Origin: the human T2T-CHM13v2.0 reference genome, Homo sapiens
Length of the DNA stretch: 64,000 nucleotides
Assembly (NCBI GenBank): GCA_009914755.4
Contig: CP068257.2
Coordinates: forward strand, 27,584,001 to 27,648,000
Direction: 5' to 3'
Shown: positions 1-14,684 of the stretch, piece after piece
Layout: each line of letters starts with the position of its first letter
Position numbering within the stretch: the first letter of the stretch is position 1
Notes under the pieces: model-generated
Seen by the model: the letters and a program-made list of their open reading frames with translations, nothing else
What the model was told of the DNA's origin: nothing
The model's database searches: none
Made by a program: the position numbers and the translations under genes

Positions 1-20
1 CTCCAAAAAAAAAAAAAAAA
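1..20. repeat. A-rich tract at the window edge, probably the poly(A) tail of a retroposon (Alu-like) lying just upstream of the window
   Basis: ctcc followed by 18 A at positions 3-20; resembles an Alu 3' end (..gtctc/ctcc + A-tail). The body is outside the window. Confidence 0.35.
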
Positions 21-2240
21 AGCAAGTATGGAATGCCTCTGAAATTATTATGATATTCCAAAATAAAGAATTGTTATATGTTAAAAGCTCCCTGAGGATC
101 AAGTTTTGGACTCCTCTCATCTCACGTAATGACTCATATGACAGCATATCATCAGGATATGGTTTATGAGATTTTCCTGGAATTACATCATATTGATGAC
201 ACATTTATGCGCCTTTGCGATTACAAAATTCCTCCTATGTTGAATGTTGTTATTCTCCCCTCATGATTCAGTTCAAATGCCTTCTTCTCTTTAACGCCTT
301 TGTCAACATCCCACTTCCTCCAGTCTCCCCAGTGCTCTGCTCATAATTCTCCTATCCACATCACATTGTGTAATGATTGTTTATTTACATGTCTGATTAT
401 CCTGCTAGTTTGTGAGCACTTGGAGAAGAGAAAATGCACAGCCTATATTTTATTCATGTCTGTATGCCCAACGTGTGCACCAACTGACAGCATAAGTGCT
501 CCATGTGTATTCAATATTTCCTAAATGTAAAGTTGAGAGTAGTCCTTCAGCTTTGGGATTTTGTTGACGTTCTCAGTGAAACCCAGGTTTGGAACTCTAA
601 CAAATATATTTGAATATTTCTCGGGCCTATAAATGCAGCTTGGAACTAAAGACATCTGGTCTACTATAAAAATCTTCTGAATGGTCTCTATTCCTCTATT
701 CATGTTTCCTTTCAATCATTTTCCAATTCCTGCCAAAGAGAATATTCCAAAACAAATCTGTTTATTACTTTTTAATTAAAAGTCTTCAAAGTCTTCCCCT
801 TGCTAAAGGATAAAATTTTTTTTAGGGTGGCATCCAAGACCTTACTTAATTTAATCCTCTCGATCTTCCATGACTTATCTCTTGATGCATCTTCTCCATT
901 CTCCCCTCAGTCCCCCACCAATACACACAACTACCTCACAACCCTGCACTTTCCACCCCACCTACCTGCTTTATAGATGCTGAATTACAAGTAATTATCT
1001 AAATGGACCACACTGCAGGAACTTCTGTAGCCATTTTCCATCATTGTCCTGTTCTTTCATTGTTGTTTCTATTTCTTTTTTTATCTCCCTAATTATTTAA
1101 ACCATATTTTACAGACTTGTTACATTTACTGACTCTCATGGTGGTGGAGATGGATTTTTTCCTAGTGTGCCTGTGTGTGGGTGAGTTTTGTTTTATTTGC
1201 TTATTTTATTGTGAGATCATTTTCAGCAGGGGTTGATTTGCTTCCCACTCCCAGGTAGTAGAAGTACCAGTTTTGCCAGTTTCCTAGTGGTTTTATGGGT
1301 CCTAGACCAGCTCTATGTTAATGTCCCAGCTTGGGATTTTGATAGCATGGGGACAATATAAATTGGAGCCTTACATGCTTGTGTGCCTTAGGTTTGCAAT
1401 TTCTCGTTTTTTCCCTACTGAGTCGCGGGTAGATGGCAAACTTCCTTGCTACCTCTCTAGGCTTTTGGGTGGAGTATTTCTAGTTCCTTTTTAACAGATG
1501 GGCCTGGCTAAATGTAGAGGATTCAGCTCTAGCTCTCCATGTCAGATCTCACATGGGTCAGTGTCCTTACCCTCTTCCTGCCTGGACATTAAAAGTCAGC
1601 TGTATTGCTAAGCAGGCCTGACAACCCCGTGAGAGGCTGTTGCATCAGCTCTATTTACTAGCCTGTATTTAATTTCCCTCTTCCTTGCTTAAACCTATGG
1701 GTTTGTTTCTGTTTTCTTTTTTCAAGCTCAATCATTTTTCCTTACGCTGTTTTATCTAGCATGTGGGAGAATTGGTGTCAGTGTAGTCCAATAGGTTGTT
1801 GGAGGGCCTCTGTGTTACCTGCTGTGGTTATTCCCACGTTCTCCTTTACATGGAAGACTCTGTCATCAAACCAACCCAGACTGCAGGGCAACCTTGCTCT
1901 TCATACTCAGCCGAGCATCCCCTTCTCTATTGAACTTTTTTAAACCTTTCTCCAGATTAGAATTAGTCTCTCCCTCACTGGTACTTCCACCACACACTGT
2001 TTAGTTTTAAACCGTAAGACCCGTGACGCTGATGTGCTTACATTGTGTTCATGAGTCCTTTTTCCTTCTTGAAGATTATATTTTATTTATCTTTGTGTCC
2101 TTAGGGTCCTGCGCTTTGCAGGGTCCATAACAGGTGTTTAATACAAGCCAAATAATGGATGAATGAGTGAATACATAAAATGGGTGGATAATAAGAAATG
2201 ACAGAATAGTAGCAATAGTAGAATTTCATAGTTCCCCTAG

Positions 2241-2398
2241 GTCAGGCATGGTGGTGTGCACCTGTAGTCCTTGCTATCCAGTAGGCTGAGGCAGGAGGAT
2301 CACATGAACCCAGGAGTGCCAGGCTGGAATAAACTATGATTACGCCACTGCACTCCAGCCTGACAACAGAGTGAGACCCTAAAAAGAAGAGAGAAAAG
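2241..2398 (+). mobile_element. Partial Alu (right monomer only, free-right-arm-like)
   Basis: ggtcaggcatggtggtgtgcacctgtagtcc...gccactgcactccagcctgacaacagagtgagaccctaaaaag matches the Alu right arm; no left monomer precedes it. Confidence 0.8.
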
Positions 2399-3148
2399 TT
2401 CCTCTCTCTCTGTCTTTATGCTGTGTTTCTAGGCCACATCTATAAATAAATTAAGAAAGTCAAATTTAAACTATCTTATCCTGAAAAGAAGTGAAATGTA
2501 AGATGTTTATTGAAACTAGCAGCGATCACATCTAGTGCCCCCCATGTGCCAGGCACATTAAATTCACATATCTACTTTTTACAGCAACATTTTGATGTAG
2601 GTGCTATGAATATTCTTTTTACACGTGAGGGAAATGAGTCACCAAAAGGTTGAATAACTTGACCAAACTCAAAAATGATAGAGCTGGGATTTGAGCTCAG
2701 GTAGTCTGGCTCCAGAGTCTGTATTTTTAACCATAATATTAGATAACCTATCAGTACTAACGAAGAAGACAGAAGGAAGTTTCTGGGTCCATTTTTTTAA
2801 AGGAATTATTTGTGAGTTTAAAGTGAATCATTATTTTCTGATGAATATTCAGGTACTTCTTAGAACCCTGCCATGCGGGAAGATAAAAGTCTCACTCAGT
2901 AAAATACCTCTAAATTTAACTGATAGGTCTAAAAATCCTTCCACAATTGAACCTAGATCTCAGATGTTGTTATTTAAACACCTTTCTTTCTGTTTCCTTC
3001 CTTATTCACAGGAAAAAAAAAAAAAAAGAACAAATACAACCACCTCCTTTTGGTCTTCCTAGAAATATAAGTTGAAGCCTTATTAGAAATCATTTGGTAT
3101 ACATCCCTTTTCCTTAAAATCCGGAAAGCACCACGAATATTTTGAATT

Positions 3149-3446
<298 letters not shown>

Positions 3447-4507
3447 TATTTTGGATATACTGATAGAAAATCACCCTGCTCATTCATTCTCCTTATCACC
3501 GACTGAGAAGTAAGAAGCAAGACATACTGGATGGAGCAAAGCAACAGGCTCCATCTGCCCAGTCATTTTGACTGTCATACTGCCTGCAGGTGGTAACCAC
3601 AATGCTTATACTTGTGGATGCAGAGGCCCAATAATTCCTGCATTGCAAATATGATCTCATCTCCTATCGAAGCTCCTTTAATGGAATTTTGTGGAGAAGT
3701 GATAACCTTCCCTGAATGTAAGAGTGGGCGAAAGAATCTCAAACCACAAGACACATTGACCATAAGCAAAATGGGAATGTGTTTTTGGAGCAGCAGAAAC
3801 TTTTTACTTAGGATTATTAAAGAATATGCTAAAGAAAGATAAGCAACTTGAGCGGTTACTAAATATACCAAGCATGCATGGGGCTGAGATATGTGGGGTT
3901 ATGTGCAGCTGAGCAAACAAAATGACTATTTTTGTAGGGACCCTGAGTGTGTGGCGCTTTGGGTTTGATGACGCACCTCACTATTTAAGGAATGCTGGAG
4001 AATTATCCTATCTGAAGTCCAGAACAGATTTTTCTCTTCGAGAGAAAATTAGTTTTTTAATGTTTGAATGGACATTGAGTAAAATGTATCATGAAAATAT
4101 CTAATAATTTACCATGCCACCAAGATGGCACAGCCTCAGAGCCATGCTGAGATCAGAAGAAAATTGAAATAATTGGTAGAGTACAAAGGGCTTCATTTTT
4201 CTTTTCCTTTTTGGCAATAAACTGGCTCCATTACAGTGTTAGTGAGTTTCAGAAAATGGATGGTTATTGACATGAGATTACTTGTGAAGCATAGTGTAGA
4301 TCATTCAGTTGAAAAGGATTGTGTTTTTTTCTTTTTAAGCCCAAAGTACTATATTTAGGTCAATATTTAAACACATGGTAGAACTTATTAAAAGTAGTAA
4401 AATTGAAATGTTTGTCACTTAATGAATGATTGGCAACCTTGCTTAAGATATCTTGGCCACGTGTAGGCTCATAAGCAAGATCCTTAAGGTATTTAAAAGG
4501 AAATTAG

Positions 4508-5739
<1,232 letters not shown>

Positions 5740-6132
5740 TTATACTGAAAGATAGTATTTAATAAAGAGTTCAGATGGTTTATGTTCATATGTGAATCAG
5801 TATCAGGCAATGGATTTATCATTTTGGAAATTAAGCTCCCTTGTAAAAAATATCTGAGTTGTTTATTGAGTTACAGGCACTTTCTTATAAAGCTCCAGTT
5901 GTTGCTTTTCTCAGAGAACTGGGAAGCCCCTTTCAATTTTGTTGTGTTCTGTGAACAGCTTTCCACCCCGAAGACTGGAAAATCTCTTTTCTAACCATGG
6001 GAGAAAAACTGAAGCAGAAACAGCAAGAAATACAGGTATTTTGACAAAAGGATTTTCTCATCCCAGTGCTTTCTTACTGCCTGAAATTCTAGTAGTTAAC
6101 AATTCTTCAAGAGTCAGATACTTGTCACAGTG

Positions 6133-6513
6133 TGATATGGTTTGGGTCTGTGTCCCCACCCAAATCTTACCTTGAATTATAATCTGAATTGTAATTCCCA
6201 CATGTTGAAGGAGGGAGCTAGTGGGAGATGATTGGATTATGGGGGCGGTTTCCACCATGCTGTACTCATGATAGTGAGTGAGTTCTCATGAGATCTGACG
6301 GTTTTATAAGTGGCAGTTTCCCCTGCGTGCTCCTCTCTTTCCTGCCACCGTGTAATACATACCTTGCTTCCCCTTCCCCTTCTGCCATGATTGTAAGTTT
6401 CCTGAGGCCTTTCCAGCCATGAGGAACTGTGAGTCAATTCAACCTCTTTTGTTTATAAATTACTCAGTCTCAGGTAGTATCTTTGTAGCACTGTGAGAAC
6501 GGACTAATATACA
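6133..6513 (+). mobile_element. THE1/MST-class ERVL-MaLR solo LTR
   Basis: tgatatggtttgggtctgtgtccccacccaaatc...gattatgggggcggtttccaccatgctg...ttctgccatgattgtaagtttcctgaggcctttccagccatgaggaactgtgagtcaattcaacctc...ggactaatataca: canonical THE1 start and end motifs. Confidence 0.8.
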
Positions 6514-8377
6514 ATGACTCAGAAAGAAAAAGACATCTTTTGACTTTGGAGGGATATATTTTTAGGGTGAGATGATATAAATGGGGATCTCACGGTACCA
6601 GGATAGTTGACCTCAGTTGACCAAAGAGCCTAAGCTGAAAAACAAAAATAGTAGCTTATTTTTAAAAATAGCTAATGCTATAGAGGAAAGCAGTAAGTAA
6701 CTTGGAGAAAAGGCAGAGAAAGCACAAACACGGTCAACATCTGGAGAAGCTTGAACCTCATATGGCAGATCATAATTGTAACACAATTGCTTATTTTATA
6801 CCCTGAAAATTTTCAGTTCTAAATGAAATCTTGCTGGGTAAGAATATTTTTCAATGACTATTTTAAAGAAAAGCAATTCTGCCAGTTTTGTGGTATATGG
6901 TTATTAAAGAGTTAAAGAGCAACAGTTAAGTCATATTGTTAATACTGTGGCATAGAAAATAATCTAATCATGTCCTTTGCCCATTTCTAAATTGGATTAA
7001 TTTTACTAATATATTTTATTTAACCCAATATATATAAATGTTTCATCATGTAATCAACATAAAATGTTAATGAGATTTTTACCTTTTTATTCATAAAGTC
7101 TTCAAAATTCAGGATGTATTTTATATTCGGAATGAAACTCAGTTTAAAGTGGTCACATTTCAAGTGCTCAAAACACAGATGTAGCTGTCATATTGAACAG
7201 CACACTGCAGATAGTTCTCATTTCTAGCTGGGTGTTTGGCTTTGCAGAAGTCTGAGGTCCGTATGGTTTTTTTTCTCCTTGTAGGTGATTAGCTTTCTGA
7301 TACCTGAACAATTATTTTTCATTCTTACAATTCAAGAACTTAACAAAGATACATATCAAAGAGGTCCATACTTAATTTTCATGTTCATTCACTGTGCCAA
7401 TTGAGTTCTCATTTCAGGACTGTTACTTATTTTGTGATATATCTTTGTAATACTTTTCTTATTCCACTGTTGAGTTATTTTTTCTTCTGAGACATCAGTT
7501 AACATTTGTTGGGCTCTCTATTTTTGTCCTCCATATCTAGTAGTTTCTTTATGATTCTTTAAGCACCTCATGTTATTTGCATTACTGTAATTATCACAAT
7601 CTTTTTCTAAATGTAAGTATATTGATTTTGTTTTCTGCTCTTTTGATCTTATTTAACTTGTGTTTTTAGCTTGCTTAATTTTGATGACATTATTTTGGTT
7701 CTTATTTCCTGTTTCATACTACAGCATTCTTTATATTCTAATCTTTTTGCTCTCATTTTGTCAAATTCAAGTGGCTATTGTAAGCTTGTCCTATTACTCA
7801 AAGCTTTTTTGAAAATGTTCCTTCTTACTGCAGTCGAGTCATATAAATGAATAAACAACAAAAATATACAAGAGAATTTTTTTAAAAAGAAAACTAAAGA
7901 AAATGTTCCTTCTGTTTCTTGTTTGCTTTAGTTTTTTTTCCCTTAAGATTAGGTTGTTTATTTGGTATCTAGCTAATGTTGGTCTTGTAAAATAAAGTGG
8001 GAAGTGTTTCCTCCTCTTCTAAGGAAGAGCTTATGTGGAATTTGTGCTATTTCTTTTTTAAATGTTTGGTAGAACTGATTGGTGAAATAATTTGTCCAAG
8101 AGATACCTTTTTCAGATGTTTAAACTATCAATTCAATTTCTTTAATAGTTTTAGGACTATCCAGGTTATCTATTTCATCTTAGGTAAGCTTTGGTATTTA
8201 TTGATTTTGGAGAAATTGGTCCATTTTATCTCAGTTGTCAAATGTATGTGTATAGAATTACTTGTAGCCATTATATATTATCTTTTTTTCACATCCATGG
8301 GGTTTGTAGTCATATATTCTCTTTCACTCCTGATCTTGCCAAGTCAGTTCCAAATAATAGAAATTTTCAGTTGATAG

Positions 8378-8439
8378 AATTCCAAGAAAATTAGATTTTA
8401 TCTCAAAGAATTCCAAGAAAATTAGATTTTATCTCAAAG
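8378..8439. repeat. Perfect 31-bp tandem duplication (2 copies)
   Basis: aattccaagaaaattagattttatctcaaag repeated back-to-back. Confidence 0.75.
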
Positions 8440-8874
8440 TAAAACAAAATAAGACCTCTAGATCTTGAAATCGATGTATCTCAAGTTAATATGTTCAAAA
8501 TGAATTTCATCATCTGTTTTCCAATTCCTTTTCCTGTTACATACCTTTCTTTTTCAAATGTCACTTATCCAAGACAAAAACTGGGGTACTTCACTATCCC
8601 CTTTCCCTAATCCCCCAACTGGTGTGTTAGTTTTGAAAGTTTGCCTTTTTAATATCTCTAGGAGGCATTCCATTTTCTCTAGCCTATCTGCACTGCACTT
8701 GTTCAGATTCCCTTTACTTCTTTCCAGGATTATTTCAGAAGCCTCTAAATGATTTTTCCGCCTTTGGCTTTAGCTTCCTTCTAAACTATTCTCTATGTTG
8801 TAGCCAAGCCATATTTTTAAAGTATGATTCTAGGAATATTATCTACCCCTCACTATCATGGAAATCCTTTAGAG

Positions 8875-9237
8875 TTTGCCTTAGTCTTTCAGGCTGCTAT
8901 AACAAAAATCCATAAACTTAGGTGGCTTATAAACAATAAACATTTGTTTCACACAGTTCTGGAGCCTGAGAAGTCCACGATCAAGATGCCAATACATTCA
9001 GTGTCTGGGGAGGGTCTATTTCTGGTTCATAGAAGACGTCCTCTAGCTGTGTCCTCACATGGTGGAAGGCTCAAGCTAGCTCTCTGAAGCCTCTTTTACA
9101 AGGGCACTCATCCAATTAATGAAGTCTCTGCCCTCATGACCTAATCACTCCACAAAAGGTCACACTTCCTAATATCATCATGTTGGGGGTTAGGATTTCA
9201 CCATATGAATTTTGGGGGACACAAACAGAACATAGCA
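8875..9237 (-). mobile_element. Older MaLR-type solo LTR (MLT1/MST-like), reverse orientation
   Basis: gctgctataacaaaaatccataaacttaggtggcttataaacaataaacatttgtttcacacagttctggagcctgagaagtccacgatcaag...ggttaggatttcaccatatgaattttgggggacacaaacagaacatagca has the same architecture as reverse-complement THE1 but is more diverged. Confidence 0.5.
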
Positions 9238-9295
9238 GAGGCCCTCTGCAGTGGTTGAGATAGAGAATAAACTCCCAGGCACATTTGCTCTTTCT

Positions 9296-9330
9296 GTGTT
9301 TTTGTTTGTTTATTTGTTTGTTTGTTTGTG
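9296..9330. repeat. (GTTT)n microsatellite
   Basis: tttgtttgtttatttgtttgtttgtttgtg. Confidence 0.85.
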
Positions 9331-9869
9331 ATCAGATCCCTGCCAGTGTCCATTTTCACATGTTGACACTCTCTTGTTTTTGTACTCCAGCCATTGCGTT
9401 TATTTCACCAAGCTTTTATTCATCTCTGTGACTTTACACAAATTGTTCTTTATGCTTGGGGTGCTCTCCCTTGTCACAGCTCCTCTCCTGTCTAAGACAT
9501 GCTTAGAAGATTCAAGAATAAGCTCCTTTGGTGGCCTCCCTGACCTTCCTCATCTCAGTCCCCTGTGTACTCTCAAAATATCCTGTACACGCTGTTTGAC
9601 ACTTACATTTTACTTGTCTAAGCCCGCTTCAGGCAGAGACTGTATCTTTTTCATATTTATCTTGGTACATAGTAAGTACTCAATAATTATTGAGTGAAGT
9701 TCAAATCTTTTGCATTAAGGGATATGAAATTCCAACTGGAAAAGTTAACAATTGTAATGTGAGAATAATATCTTTAATTAATTTTGTTTGCTTGCATATT
9801 TTCATTTTGTCCTTATAGTAACTCTGTGAATTAACAGGAACCCTCAATTGAATAGAGAAACAAAGTGAG

Positions 9870-9960
9870 GCTTGGGAGGGTTGGTAATTTTCCCAAAGTA
9901 ACTCAGCTAATAAGTGGCAGAACCAGGAGTCTGGTATGTGGTCTTAATTTAAAGCTGTTT
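9870..9960 (-). mobile_element. MIR SINE fragment
   Basis: gggttggtaattttcccaaagtaactcagctaataagtggcagaaccaggagtctgg resembles the MIR reverse complement (aggttaagtaacttgcccaaggtcacacagctagtaagtggcagagccagg). Confidence 0.4.
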
Positions 9961-11880
9961 TCTTCCCACTCTAACATCAAGCCCAGAATAGGAGAATAAA
10001 GGGTAAGAGAACCTGAAGGTGTTTTAAATGTGCTCATACCCCCAGTATTAGGTAAATTACTTTTCAGGGTATAAAGGTCTCCTGGATGTGTTATCAGAGA
10101 CAGTAGGGAACTGCAGAGATGAAAGAAGCTTGGAAATGTGCAAATATTTAAAAAGTATATCTGAGAAATCCTTTTCTCAGAATTTTTTATTAGCTAGATC
10201 GTTGTTGAACATTTGGAATAGAAGATGGCAATCAATCAGGACTGACACACGTTTCCTTCGAATAGATCAGGTAAAGTAAACTCCAATTTTCTTTCTATTC
10301 TAAGTTTCCTAGATTGTATGATCACAATAAAATAGCAGACAAAATGTTCACTTATTTGTTCTGGGACCACCCCTCCCCCCCACCACCAGTTGTCATCATT
10401 GGGCCAAAATCCACACAGAATAAGATAAAGTAATCAGCAAATTCAAATGAATTAGCAAGGACCAGTCTCAAGACTGTCTACAAAAAGAATGATCAGATCT
10501 TAACTCTAAGTCCTCAAAGGCTTCATCTTCCATGACCCAAGTGGGTGGTCTCCATCTCTATTATCATTGTATGGTATCTACTGCATCCTATAATGTACTT
10601 ATCCTTTCATGCACCCTAAACATTTCTACAATATCCTAGCAGAGTGAAGAGGCATATTGCCTAGAAACATGGGAGTTTTCAAAGGGATAAGGATTTCTTC
10701 ATTGTCATGACCTTTTGTACATGATGTACATGATTTGGTGGTGTGTCCCACTATCTGGGCCTTGTGGTTTCCTTACAGACAGTTTCTGCTGTTGTTTTTG
10801 TGGTTGGTTCCTCCTTCAGCCTTCTTATCCGTTAGATATCTGTGCAGTTCTTCATTTTTCTTCATAAAAGTAACAATAAACAGCACAAATGAACCCCTGG
10901 CAACCTTTATTATTGTATTATACATGAATAAAGCCTATTTTAATAATCTTATGAGCGAGATAAAAGCATGTGGGATGGCTACCTCTGATGTTCCAGATGA
11001 TTTTTTAAGTAGTTGGACAGTCACACAAAAAGGGTATAAACCAAGGGAGGTCAACCTTAAAAGAAGTTTCTTTGTTCTTTGACTTCTGTGAAAATGTTAT
11101 CGGAGACTTGAATATAAGCATAAAAGCCACATTTATCAAATTTAAAAATTTATAATGCAAAAAGCTGCCAGCTTAGCGAAAAGAACTCTTTTTTTTTTCT
11201 TTTTTTGCTGCTAGTTGAAGATGAAAATTCTAAGTAATCTCACCAGGTTGGACAACTGGCTATGAAATGGCATGAAATATGTAAGTTACTATTGTCAGCT
11301 TTAAAAGAGCAAATCTGCAATGATAAGATATAAGATCTGAAAATCTTTGTGGCAGCAGCTTTTGTAAAAACGAAAATAAGACATAAACAAATAAATTAAT
11401 TACAAATTTGCTGTGAGACCAAAATACCACACAGCCCCCAAAAGCTGAGATAGTCACTGCAGATATTGAAGATCTGCATTCTAAACCACATGTTTTATCC
11501 CCAATGTTCAGCTCAATGTATTGTGCTTGGTAGATTCTTAATTATTATTTGTTCAGTAACAAATATAATGATCAGGTCTTTGCAGGAGTATTAAATTAAA
11601 ATTTGTCTGTTACACTTTAATGGTCAGTTGTTAACCTGGAGTGCACACAAATAATGATAGATCAGCAAGGAGGGTCTAAAAACCACATACTAGGAAGTCC
11701 AATGGAAGAATTAGGCGTGTACAGAAGAGAAGGTTAATTTATTAAGAGACCGGCTATTTTATTATAGATTGTCTTATTCTGTCCCAAGGGAAGTATTCTA
11801 ATTGATGTTATAGGGAGGCAGGTTTAAACTCAGTATTAAGAAGAGCTTTCTATAATTAATAAAAGACAATGATATGGACT

Positions 11881-12243
11881 TGTATTAGTTTGTTGTCACA
11901 CAGCTATAAAGAGCTACCCGAGACTGGGTAATTTATAAAGAAAGGAGTTTTAATTGACTTACAGTTCCACATAGCTGGGGAGGCCTCAGGAAACTTATAA
12001 TCATGGCAGAAGGTAAAGGAGAAGCAAGCACCTCCTTCACAAGGCAGCAGGAGAGAGAGAGAACAAGGTGGGAAGTGCCACACTTTAAACCATCAGATCT
12101 CGTGAGAACTCACTGTCATGAAAATAGCAGAGGGAAACCCGCCCCCATGATCCAAACACTTCTCACCAGGTTCCTCCCCTGACATGTAGGGATTATAATT
12201 TCAGATGAGATTTGGGGACGGGAGCACAGAGCCAAACCATATC
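11881..12243 (-). mobile_element. THE1/MST-class solo LTR, reverse orientation
   Basis: tgtattagtttgttgtcacacagctataaagagctacccgagactgggtaatttataaag...ccatcagatctcgtgagaactcac...gatgagatttggggacgggagcacagagccaaaccatatca; possible 5-bp TSD ggact with 1-bp slippage. Confidence 0.75.
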
Positions 12244-13111
12244 AGGACTATTGCATGACCATCTATTAGGCACGTTGTAGGGAAAATTTCTATCTATATA
12301 TTTGGTGTAGTGATTTAGCTTGGATTGTCTTTCCAACTCAAAGACTACATTGGGTAGTAAGAGCTAGTCTAATTTTTTAAAAAAATAATAAATATCTGGG
12401 CTATATGCACTTTTTTCATTATCAACAAAACTACTAAAATATCTTTTCACAGATTAAGCCTAACAATGGGGTTTCTAATTCTTTCTTACTATATTACAGT
12501 TTTGTTTTTTACAGTTTGTTAGAGATCACTAGACAGTTACTAATATCCATTATTTTGTCAACATGTAGCTATCTCTGTTGGTTTTTAAAATGCTTGAATA
12601 TTTTCTGAATTTAAGAAGTGATTTTACAGTATTTGCTGTATTTACAGTATTTGCTGATTCAGATCATTATGATTATTTATAAAGCCAATCATATGTTTCT
12701 GTTTCTGTGTATTTTACAATTTTTTTCAATATGTAAGTGAGGACTGAGAATTAAGAAGTTTTTTGGAAAATGCTAGTTTTTATTAGATGGTGCCCAGAAT
12801 ATCTCAATAATGAAAAGTTGAGTATGTTGGAGTTAAACCAATTGCCTGCCCTCAATGCAGTGCTTATTTCAGTTTGCTGACAGCACTAGTCAGCAGTTTG
12901 CTGTTCTGAGTGTTTACTACCACATCCCTGACATATTCTACCCTGGAATCCCAGGACTCTGTGTTTTCTGGTTACGCTCGGCCTCTCTGGCTTCTTCACA
13001 GCTGCCGCTCCCTCATTCTCATCTTAACTGTGGCCACACCCAAAGGAAGGATTTGTAATTCTCTTCTTTGCAATTTTCTGCTTAGAGGTCTCCTCTGCTT
13101 CCATGCCTTAA

Positions 13112-13758
<647 letters not shown>

Positions 13759-14289
13759 CAGGGTGTTTAAGGATAACTTGGTGGGTGGGGGAAGACCAGT
13801 GAATTGAGAGTGCTGCTTGGTTGGGTCAGAGATGAAATCATGGCAAGTTGAAGCTGTCCTCTTGTGCTGAGTCAATTCCTGGGTGGGGGCCACAAGATCA
13901 GGTGAGCCAGTTTATCAGTCTGGGTGGTGCCAGCTGATCCATCAAAATATCTGCAAAATATTTCAAGCACTAATCTTATGAGCAGTTTAGGGAGGGTCAG
14001 AATCCTGTAGCCTCCAGCTGCGTAAGTCCTAAAACATAATTTCAAATCTTGTGGCTAATTGGTCCTATAAAGGCAGTCTAGTCCCCAGGCAAGAAGGAGG
14101 CTTGTTTTGGGAAAGGGCTGTTATGGTCTTTGTTGTAAACTATAAATTCCTCCCAAAGTTAGCTCGGTCTATGCCCAGGAAGGGACAAGGACAGCTTAAA
14201 GGTTAGAAGGAAGATGGAGTTGGTTAGGTCAGATCTCTTTCACTGTCTCAGTCATAATTTTGCAAAGGCAGTTTCAATATCACAGTTCC

Positions 14290-14520
14290 TCTCCTCCCTG
14301 CTTAGGGAGACAGTGTCCCATAATTGTTAAGAGCACACCCTCTGACTCAAGCCATCTAGGTTCAAATCCTAGCCCTTCCCTTCTCCAGTTGCCGAACTCG
14401 AACAAGTATTGTAGCCTCTTCAAGCCCCATTTTTCATATCTGTAAAGCGGAGATCGTAACAAACTGTACATGTCGATGATGTCCACAGAGTTGGATCAAG
14501 GGTTACGAATCTGACAGCCC
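14290..14520 (+). mobile_element. MIR SINE (diverged)
   Basis: gttaagagcacaccctctgactcaagccatctaggttcaaatcctagccc...gccccatttttcatatctgtaaagcggagatcgtaacaa resembles the MIR core (..ggttcgaatcc..cctcagtttcctcatctgtaaaatgggga..). Confidence 0.45.
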
Positions 14521-14684
14521 AAACCTCCAGACTGGCTGTGCTATTATTTCAGTTATTCTGACATGGCTCTGATGCAATGTGGACGTCAACAAAGCATTAA
14601 AAGTGAGAGACAGATTAGTAAGCAACTCCCTAAGGGTGGATTTTTAAATATGCACTAAAATTGTGGAGAAGTTAATATACTATA

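Noticed and set aside
1100-1950. Moderately complex unique-looking region at the 5' end considered as a possible L1 5'UTR/ORF1 remnant or exon
   Set aside because: I could not match it confidently to any repeat consensus or gene from memory, and there is no ORF or splice signal support. I left it unannotated rather than guess.
8378-8439. Perfect direct repeats (also 12626-12660, 16556-16595, 57560-57605) considered as possible CRISPR-like or regulatory arrays
   Set aside because: There are only 2-3 copies with no unique spacers, and the context is eukaryotic. They are simple tandem duplications from replication slippage.
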